The notes under the pieces are model-generated. The model saw only the letters and a program-made list of their open reading frames with translations, ran no database searches and was not told where the DNA came from. A stretch of DNA of 19,003 bases from an uncultured Eubacteriales bacterium (GTDB taxonomy: Bacteria > Bacillota > Clostridia > Christensenellales > UBA1242): positions 1 through 19,003 of the forward strand of contig CAOQYA010000011.1 in assembly GCA_948514155.1 (NCBI GenBank), read 5' to 3'. Below, one piece after another: positions 13,901 through 19,003 of this stretch. Position 1 is the first letter of the stretch. Each line of letters opens with the position of its first letter. Position numbers and translations under genes: made by a program.

Positions 13901-14778
13901 CTCGACGCCGCAGTAGTGTTAGCGGCATATTCTCCCACATAGCAATAATTTGTAAAACTAGAAGGCAAATCAATGTTTACTTTAACATTTTCAACAACAT
14001 CTGCATATCCAGCAGCAGAAGTTGCCTGCCCGCTTATTCCACCGACAAACACCCCTCCCTTTGCTTTTTGTGACGAAAGTCTAATGCTCACATTTATTGC
14101 AGAAATGCCCTTAGTTTCATATGAAGAGTAAGGAAAGCCTAAAACGGACCCAACATGAGTCTCCCCAGAAAAATTAATAACCTCAATCTGTGAATTTTGC
14201 ACAGAAATATTTTGATAATAGTCATTTGCATTTGAATTAGAAACACCTGAAACAACAAAACCTATGCCTGACGAAGAAGTATAGTTTTCTAAATTTGCTA
14301 AAATCAGTGAATTTACAATTTTAAAATTTTTTGCTTCAATCCTTGAAGAGACATTTCGAAAAAAACCTATATGTCCACCAGCTTGCGAGTTGATTGTTAA
14401 ACCTGATATGGTGTGATTATTCCCTTCAAAATTTTGACCTGCCCATATACTTTTCCACAAATGAGCCGACAAATCTATATCATTGCCAAGTTCTACATAT
14501 CCGGCGGAATGAGACTCAAACCATGCAAGTTCCTCACCTGATGTGATTATGTATGGGTTGGCGGCGGTGCCTGCTCCGGTGGCGGGCTGAGTGGCGTAGT
14601 CTGTCCAGTAGTCGGTTGGAAGGTTTGACGGGTCAATTTCTGTGGCTGCGTGAGAAGGCGTCAAGGAAGGCGCTGAGCTCTTATTTGACTGCGCAAAAAA
14701 GAAGACAAACAAAAAAATGGCAACGATGCTCGCCGCTAAACTGAGCGATATTGTGGAAAACTTTTGCCATTTTTTCAT
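10921..14778 (-). CDS. Large secreted or membrane-anchored surface protein with three tandem modules and GLUG-like (AGGIxG) beta-helix repeats
   Basis: The 1285-aa ORF has an N-terminal signal or anchor (MKKWQKFSTISLSLAASIVAIFLFVFFFA). Each of three modules opens with a W.DY..P....NPY/TY/PW.I...EELAW motif (aa 57, 375 and 709). Each ends with an IWS/G..D......P......Y/F motif. Residues about 855-1165 hold at least 9 repeats of NCxNxGxI/L...AGGIxG. No LPXTG motif was seen. Confidence 0.8.
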   Translation of the reverse strand: MKKWQKFSTISLSLAASIVAIFLFVFFFAQSNKSSAPSLTPSHAATEIDPSNLPTDYWTDYATQPATGAGTAANPYIITSGEELAWFESHSAGYVELGNDIDLSAHLWKSIWAGQNFEGNNHTISGLTINSQAGGHIGFFRNVSSRIEAKNFKIVNSLILANLENYTSSSGIGFVVSGVSNSNANDYYQNISVQNSQIEVINFSGETHVGSVLGFPYSSYETKGISAINVSIRLSSQKAKGGVFVGGISGQATSAAGYADVVENVKVNIDLPSSFTNYCYVGEYAANTTAASRNCFINFSYELEATTPANKIRFNKVTSNLNTVRPEDNITVVPEGYDKNIWSDADLTSSFKYIIPDNDCLIEYYSLNTNFVSVEYWEDYSKKPYQTAATATPTYRVRNANELAWFINNGPNKVQIELESDIDLVDKYWTPIKKEVILIGKDHVIRNMTINLDYEKSLSYRFTTGLFVRAATSAVVSVSNTIIESPRIIGENAKNATVGIIAAGNSNYYNGNLYQVSVQKLDVDVTTKNAFTLYCFTQGIFQSNKNSSHGGFSVLDAEVKINSTNYVNVYGGPTLTRENLKQFVFTGKINIQTTSNQANVYVAGFSSTSYYAYDCLVGADISITRNGLPFGTVKFFTDKNLSCMVVSDNIVANSVQEVEYKNSTSIPTSFDLTVWSEKDVDNQQWRYVFPLNVSFMKYYGLTDKTSNNLWSQRKIKPREGSGSQASPWHIYTAEELAWLTECTAASQFYVYLEADIDLGAYKWDGIGTDTIFPQSINLYGQGHTISNINAGYETTVSAGFINKVNSSLYIYDTTFENLTVRANDYAGLTGYIVNGSPYFSNVHVIDADIVSKSGSAGGLLAFKAPTSIVDVDNCFVSGQIKAQTSAGGIIGATNGTGRRYVDNSVNYASVVSAIDRAEGIGGTIVNNCINFGSLTGQYLAGIGYGGAGCTFSNCLNYGELNATGSQKYAGGIAGYGVLNTNGETIINNCINYGKINNANGYSGGIMAYGMAKISGCKNSADVIGTFAGGICGVFAGTIENCSNIGNITGKSAAGGIVGDSTITTAGSNLTITDVLSICDVVANNGSSNVSYAGGILGSFTSNASQPLKITRAFYNGSVTSSSLAVGGILAYTNKNTNIDSCYAIAKLKGGSLSSSAYGIGGLVGAVNTNKLTASNCAFKGEIISSSARALPFVYNNNGSTEFSSCYYDATLKKSESGDATIFKNYILGQDETEESAFSNEIWGLYDGLEISSVPFIKSFLWQEEFLETDINIVGFLKENGFTAVA

Positions 14779-14829
14779 TCTCTTTACCTTTCATTTTCAG
14801 TTTTTTGTGGACAACTTTCGACAAAATTC

Positions 14830-14859
14830 ATTATAGCCCGCTCGCTCGCTCCTAGTCAA
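14830..14859 (-). promoter_or_regulatory. Candidate SigA-type promoter of the surface protein gene
   Basis: The minus strand reads TTGACT (14859-14854), an 18-nt spacer, then TATAAT (14835-14830). It lies about 50 nt upstream of the ATG. Confidence 0.6.
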
Positions 14860-15051
14860 GCGAATTGTCACCGTTTTGTTACATTCTTATCCTATTTATC
14901 TAAGTTTATTGTGTATAACTTAACTGCATATTATCACAAGAAAAGTTTTAAAACAAAATTATTTGTGGATAAACTTTGCCCGCTTACATATTGTTACACT
15001 AATTGCCGCTTCGCAAGAGCTTTTTCACTAATCGTTAAGAGAATTGAAAAA

Positions 15052-15084
15052 ATAAAAAAACTCGGCCAAATGTGCCGAGTTTTT
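15052..15084 (-). terminator. Rho-independent terminator after the 222-aa ORF
   Basis: The minus strand reads CTCGGC-acatttg-GCCGAG followed by TTTTTTTATTTTTT, 10 nt after the stop codon. Confidence 0.8.
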
Positions 15085-15094
15085 CAGGTTAGAC

Positions 15095-15763
15095 TTAAAC
15101 TCTTGGCGGAACGATATTGCCTGTCGCTGTTGGATAGAGCGGCATTTCGAAAAGTCCCGGGCAAGCGCTTGCGGCCGGTGCGGAATGGCATGGCGGGATA
15201 ACCGGATAGCCATACGAAGGCACAAGCACATCAACAACTGCCGTCACTCTGATAATCACCTGTAAGCAGCCTGTAACGGTGAAAGTGTTTTCGCCGGTTG
15301 CTGTGCCGATTTCACTTGAGAAAACTGCACTTGCGGTGATGTTTATTGGAGTGACAGAAGGTTGTGGAACATAGAGAACAACATTCTTGCTCACTGTGAT
15401 TGTCGACCTTCCCGTTCCCAGAACGCCGTTTGCGTCACGATAGTTAACAATAACTGGGATTGTGACGGTTGCACTCACATTTGCATAGTTCGGGCAACTT
15501 TCCAATCTGTCAACAACAAGGTCGGAAATTGTCACTGCTTCATCTGGAGCGTTAGCCGCAGAAATGAATGTGAGAGGCGTTGCAGGGTTAGCAGGATTAA
15601 GGTCGGTAACAGGGAGAACAATTCCGGTCTCGGTGCTCTGCGAAACGCAAGCGTCGAAAACCTTGGTGGTCTCAATTAAGATTTTTTCACAAATTCCGTT
15701 GAGCGGGTTGCCCATGATAGGACCCGGACGACTAGGATTTGTATTGTTGATGTAAAAAGACAT
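15095..15763 (-). CDS. Hypothetical protein (222 aa), function unknown
   Basis: This is a long ORF with AGGAGG 7 nt upstream of the ATG and its own terminator. It is T/V/P/N-rich and looks beta-rich, with no signal peptide and a Pro/Cys-containing C terminus (YGYPVIPPCHSAPAASACPGLFEMPLYP). I do not recognise a family with confidence. Confidence 0.6.
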   Translation of the reverse strand: MSFYINNTNPSRPGPIMGNPLNGICEKILIETTKVFDACVSQSTETGIVLPVTDLNPANPATPLTFISAANAPDEAVTISDLVVDRLESCPNYANVSATVTIPVIVNYRDANGVLGTGRSTITVSKNVVLYVPQPSVTPINITASAVFSSEIGTATGENTFTVTGCLQVIIRVTAVVDVLVPSYGYPVIPPCHSAPAASACPGLFEMPLYPTATGNIVPPRV

Positions 15764-15783
15764 TTTCCTACCTCCTGTTTTGT

Positions 15784-16818
15784 CTATTCATATAATATGC
15801 GCGTCTCGTCAAAGTTGTTCGAAGCAAGGAGTTTTGTTTCGCCGCGGAAGGAGTTAAAATTTGTCAGCACCTCATATGTGCACATGTTATATTGTTTGCT
15901 TGTCGCATCCGCATCGTCAAAGAGAAGCACTCTGTCGCCCACTTTAACCGTTCCGCCTGTCACATCCACAAAACATGCATCCATGCAGAGATTGCCGACT
16001 ATCGAATACTTCTTGCCGCAAATGGTCACCTTCATATTTTTGCTTTTTTCGCGGCTAAAACCGTCGGCATAGCCCACGCTCACAATAGCGAGCGTTGTTC
16101 GACGCTTTGCCTTAAATGTGTGGTCATAGCCGGCAAACTCTCCCTTCTCAAGCGAGCGCAGTTGCAGCACTTTGCCTTCCAGCCTCATAACCTTTTGCAG
16201 CCGCCTGTCGCCATAGCCATATATTCCCAACCCCGCTCTTAAAATATCGCACGGCAGGTTTTTCGCCCCGCTTCCGCCAAAACAGATAGGAAAAGGTTTT
16301 TCCAGAAAAGAGCGCGCACGCAAGAAATTTTGATATTCGATGTTAGTAGTCTTTTTATTGGAAGTTGACGAAAAATGTGCGGAAAAGCCGGCAAAAACAC
16401 GATTTTTTATCAAATTTTTCAGCGTTTTCAATAAATTTTCATTGTTTGCGTCAATTCCAAATCTATTCATGCCGGTGCAGAGTTTAATGTAGCAGCATTC
16501 CGTCTTGCCCGTTTTTATCGCTTTTTTAACATCGCTTATACTTGTGAGGGTTAGATAAAATTTGTCTATCACATCGAAGTTCGGGCATTTTGAAAGAATT
16601 AAAATTTTCTCGTCCGGAAGAATTTTGTATAACTCTTCCGCCTCCTCCAGCGAGGAGACGGCAAACATGTCGACCCTGCCTTTCAGGGTGAGCGCCACCT
16701 CTTTTATGCCATGTCCATATGCGTTAGCCTTGACAACAGCGCAAACTTTAGGCGCATAGCCTTTAAAAAAATTTGCATTGAACACAAGGGCATCTTTATT
16801 AAGAATTTTCCTATTCAT
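15784..16818 (-). CDS. alr: Alanine racemase
   Basis: The 344-aa ORF has the PLP-lysine motif VCAVVKANAYGHG near its N terminus and a C-terminal VSVGYADGF....I.GK.Y.IVGNLCMD pattern typical of Alr. No obvious SD precedes the ATG. Confidence 0.85.
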   Translation of the reverse strand: MNRKILNKDALVFNANFFKGYAPKVCAVVKANAYGHGIKEVALTLKGRVDMFAVSSLEEAEELYKILPDEKILILSKCPNFDVIDKFYLTLTSISDVKKAIKTGKTECCYIKLCTGMNRFGIDANNENLLKTLKNLIKNRVFAGFSAHFSSTSNKKTTNIEYQNFLRARSFLEKPFPICFGGSGAKNLPCDILRAGLGIYGYGDRRLQKVMRLEGKVLQLRSLEKGEFAGYDHTFKAKRRTTLAIVSVGYADGFSREKSKNMKVTICGKKYSIVGNLCMDACFVDVTGGTVKVGDRVLLFDDADATSKQYNMCTYEVLTNFNSFRGETKLLASNNFDETRILYE

Positions 16819-16857
16819 GCAAATTTTATATTATTTTTTTTGTAATTTTGACACTGA

Positions 16858-17625
16858 TTAAAGGCTTGAAAATGCGCTATCCACAATTTTATTTATGTTA
16901 AACTTTCCCCCTTTTTTGCCGTTGAGGTGAAAAAGATATTCGATGTTCCCGCTCTTGCCGGCCACAGGAGAATAAGTCAGGCCGGAAATTGTAAACTTAA
17001 AAAATGTGAGATAAAGAACAAAATCTTCAAGCAGTTTAGCGTGAATTTTCTTGTCTCTAACAACGCCGTTATATTTCTTAGCTGTCGCTGGGCCGCACTC
17101 AAATTGCGGCTTAAAAAGCAGCATGCATTCAACTCCGTTATACTCTTCAACAAGTTTTGGAATTATATGCTTTAGGGAGATAAAAGAAAGGTCACTGACA
17201 ATAAAGTTAACATCTTCAAGTTTCTCGCTTGTTCTAAAATCGGTCTTCGAAAGGTCAACAACTCGGCTGTCACTTTTAATGCCTTCGTCAAGTTGCCCCG
17301 TGCCTACATCAAGCGCATAAACCTTTTTGGCACCCGCCTCCAGCGCCACCTGAGTAAAGCCGCCCGTCGACGCGCCGATGTCAAGCACAATTTTGTTCTT
17401 TAGTTCAAGCCCAAAACTTGCAATTGCACCCAGGAGTTTGAAGGCTCCGCGCGAGACATATAAAAAAGGCTGTTGCACCAAAATTTCTTCCTCGCCGCTG
17501 ACATTGAATGCGCAGTCTCTAGTTTTTCCGTCAACAAAAACTTGCCCTTCTTTAATGGCCGTTTGCGCCTTTTCTCGCGACGGAAAATATCCTTTCACCA
17601 CCAAAAATTTATCTAATCTTTGCAT
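16858..17625 (-). CDS. tlyA: TlyA-family rRNA 2'-O-methyltransferase (hemolysin A family); start moved to the internal ATG
   Basis: The protein starts with an S4-like N terminus (MQRLDKFLVVKGYFPSREKAQTAIKEGQVFVDGK) and has an FtsJ-type SAM motif (VLDIGASTGGFTQV). The ORF-track start at 17733 lies inside the yloV terminator hairpin and upstream of a consensus promoter, so I call the ATG at 17625. Confidence 0.85.
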   Translation of the reverse strand: MQRLDKFLVVKGYFPSREKAQTAIKEGQVFVDGKTRDCAFNVSGEEEILVQQPFLYVSRGAFKLLGAIASFGLELKNKIVLDIGASTGGFTQVALEAGAKKVYALDVGTGQLDEGIKSDSRVVDLSKTDFRTSEKLEDVNFIVSDLSFISLKHIIPKLVEEYNGVECMLLFKPQFECGPATAKKYNGVVRDKKIHAKLLEDFVLYLTFFKFTISGLTYSPVAGKSGNIEYLFHLNGKKGGKFNINKIVDSAFSSL

Positions 17626-17631
17626 GTCTGT

Positions 17632-17660
17632 ATTATATCTAAACTTCCTCTTTTTTCCAA
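17632..17660 (-). promoter_or_regulatory. Candidate SigA-type promoter of tlyA, predicting a leaderless mRNA
   Basis: The minus strand reads TTGGAA (17660-17655), a 17-nt spacer, then TATAAT (17637-17632). Only 6 nt (acagac) separate the -10 box from the ATG, and there is no SD. Confidence 0.5.
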
Positions 17661-17720
17661 CGATTTTTAAAAATTGGACAAAATATCGCCATTTTTTGAC
17701 AAAAAACGGCGTTTTTGCAT

Positions 17721-17749
17721 AAAAAAACCGCAAATTATGCGGTTTTTTG
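17721..17749 (-). terminator. Rho-independent terminator after yloV
   Basis: The minus strand reads CCGCA-taatt-TGCGG followed by TTTTTTT, and it begins right after the yloV stop (17750-17752). Confidence 0.75.
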
Positions 17750-19003
17750 TCATTCGAGTGAAATTAAATAGTAGTAAATTGGCTGGCCGCCGAAGGCAAC
17801 TGTCACTTCGCATTCCGGGAAGCGAGATGCAAGTTTTTCTTGCAAAGAATTTGCCTCTTCTTCCTTAATATCTTCGCCATAGAAGAGAGTTATTGTCATG
17901 ATGTTATCGTCCATCATTTTTGCAACAAGGTCTTCAGTTGTCTTTGAAACAAGTTTGCCTTTTGCCAAAATTGCCTTGTCGTCCAGGCCAATAATTTCAC
18001 CGGTTGTAAGGTCGAAGCCGTCAACATGAGTGTCACGCACCGCATATGTCACAGAGCCCGATTTAACATTCTTAATTGCGTCTGTCATTGCCTCAACATT
18101 CTCTTCAACAGTGCCGTCCGGGTTAAAAGCAATGGCCGCTGAAATGCCTTCCGGCACGCTTCTTGTTGGGATAACAACAAGGTTTTTATTGGTCAGTTCG
18201 TTTGCTTGCTCAGCCGCAAGAATGATGTTTTTATTATTCGGAAAAACAAAAACTGTTCTTGCCGGAACTTTATCAGCCGCTGCAGCGATGTCTGCAGCAC
18301 TTGGGTTCATAGTTTGTCCACCCATGATAATTTCGTCAACACTAAGGTCCTTAAATATCGCGCTTAAGCCCTCGCCCGGCGCAACGGCAACAATGCCAAG
18401 GTTCTTGGTCTCTTCCACGGCACTTGCCTTCTTTTTCAATTCACGATTTTGCTCGCGCATGTTTTCAATCTTAACATTGGTGATTTCGCCAAGTTCAAGC
18501 GCGAGGCCAAGTGCGCGGTTAGGCTCGTTGGAGTGAACATGCACTTTAACAAGCGAGAGGTCTCCAATGCAGATAACGCTGTCGCCGAACTCGAGTAATT
18601 TCTCGCGAAGCTTGTCAATATCGGCCTCAGTGGTCTTCTTGTGCATCTGAACAATCATGTATTCGGTGCAATAGCCAAATTCAATATCTCCAAGATTAGA
18701 AATGTCAGCAATAACATCGTCAACAGACTGCGACTGCTTTTCGTCGTCAAAAACGATGTCGAGGTTCTCCTCGCCCATGATAGACTTGTAAAAGCCGGTG
18801 AAAATCACGATAATTCCGCGTCCGCCAGCGTCCACAACGCCCGCTTTCTTAAGAACTGGCAGCATTTCCGGGGTCTGCCTAAGAATTTCCTCTCCAGTTT
18901 CCAGCACTTTTTTGAAGAAAACTTCAAAATCGTCCGTCTTCTTTGCTATGCTAACAGCGTTTTCCGCCATAACACGAATAACGGTGAGAATTGTCCCCTC
19001 TTT
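17750..19003 (-). CDS. yloV: DAK2 domain-containing protein YloV family, 5'-truncated by the window end
   Basis: The ORF stays open to the window end. Codons upstream of the listed Met read KEGTILTVIRV-MAENAV..., and TILTVIR belongs to the DAK2 domain. The remainder matches the YloV C-terminal domain (GVVDAGGRG..., GGQTMNPS, FPNNKNI). Confidence 0.85.
   Translation of the reverse strand, partial: KEGTILTVIRVMAENAVSIAKKTDDFEVFFKKVLETGEEILRQTPEMLPVLKKAGVVDAGGRGIIVIFTGFYKSIMGEENLDIVFDDEKQSQSVDDVIADISNLGDIEFGYCTEYMIVQMHKKTTEADIDKLREKLLEFGDSVICIGDLSLVKVHVHSNEPNRALGLALELGEITNVKIENMREQNRELKKKASAVEETKNLGIVAVAPGEGLSAIFKDLSVDEIIMGGQTMNPSAADIAAAADKVPARTVFVFPNNKNIILAAEQANELTNKNLVVIPTRSVPEGISAAIAFNPDGTVEENVEAMTDAIKNVKSGSVTYAVRDTHVDGFDLTTGEIIGLDDKAILAKGKLVSKTTEDLVAKMMDDNIMTITLFYGEDIKEEEANSLQEKLASRFPECEVTVAFGGQPIYYYLISLE

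Noticed and set aside
14806-14972. The DnaA boxes could be read as a replication origin.
   Set aside because: There are only two boxes, I recognised no AT-rich unwinding element, and there is no dnaA/dnaN context. I kept this only as a low-interest regulatory observation.
14764-15201. A plus-strand 145-aa ORF covering the intergenic region between the surface protein gene and the 222-aa ORF.
   Set aside because: It runs through a minus-strand promoter and a rho-independent terminator and into the 3' end of a supported gene. It has no RBS and is probably non-coding.
17626-17733. The N-terminal 36 codons of the ORF-track tlyA ORF.
   Set aside because: They overlap the yloV terminator hairpin and lie upstream of a consensus promoter. 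The conserved S4 domain starts at the internal Met.
1-19003. I searched the whole window for CRISPR arrays, tRNA or rRNA genes, transposases, integrases and additional remote VR copies.
   Set aside because: I found no regularly spaced direct repeats, no cloverleaf-like or rRNA-like segments, and no recombinase-like ORFs. By eye, the invariant TR core GCCGTCAGAGCCCACGACACGAACAT occurs only at the TR and the single VR. A computational repeat search would be needed to be certain.

Overview
Every supported gene in this window is on the minus strand, and the gene content looks like a low-GC Bacillota (Clostridia-like) chromosome. That taxonomic call is an inference from gene content, CIRCE/HrcA regulation and strong GGAGG ribosome-binding sites. 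The housekeeping genes, in transcription order (high to low coordinates), are yloV (5' end cut off by the window), tlyA, alr, an orphan 222-aa protein, a 1285-aa surface protein, prfB (with its programmed +1 frameshift), tsaD and a U32 peptidase. After the island come hrcA (with a consensus promoter and CIRCE operator) and the start of grpE. An island of about 6 kb (about 1424-7345) sits between the U32 gene and hrcA, and it is a complete diversity-generating retroelement (DGR). It contains an avd-like gene, a 121-nt template repeat (TR, 6674-6794), a structured spacer of about 225 nt, a DGR-type reverse transcriptase (LGNQTSQ and YMDD motifs) and a target gene carrying the matching variable repeat (VR, 5046-5166). 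TR and VR differ at 17 positions, and 16 of those are adenines in the coding-sense TR. The target is the unusual part. It is a 634-aa protein with no signal peptide, the VR lies near its N terminus (codons 58-98), and its C-terminal half is a MoxR/AAA_5-like AAA+ ATPase. The target gene is translationally coupled to a 128-aa paralog of its own AAA core that lacks a P-loop. Next comes a 540-aa protein with an HExxH metallopeptidase-like domain, a roughly 200-aa acidic low-complexity linker and a VWA (DxSGS MIDAS) domain. I read this as a DGR-diversified intracellular NTPase-VWA-peptidase module, possibly a programmable sensor or conflict system. Secondary observations are a metallothionein-like Cys-rich N-terminal extension on GrpE, a probably leaderless tlyA, a three-module surface protein with GLUG-like repeats, and two DnaA-box 9-mers in one intergenic region. 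I saw no rRNA, tRNA, CRISPR array, transposase or integrase.
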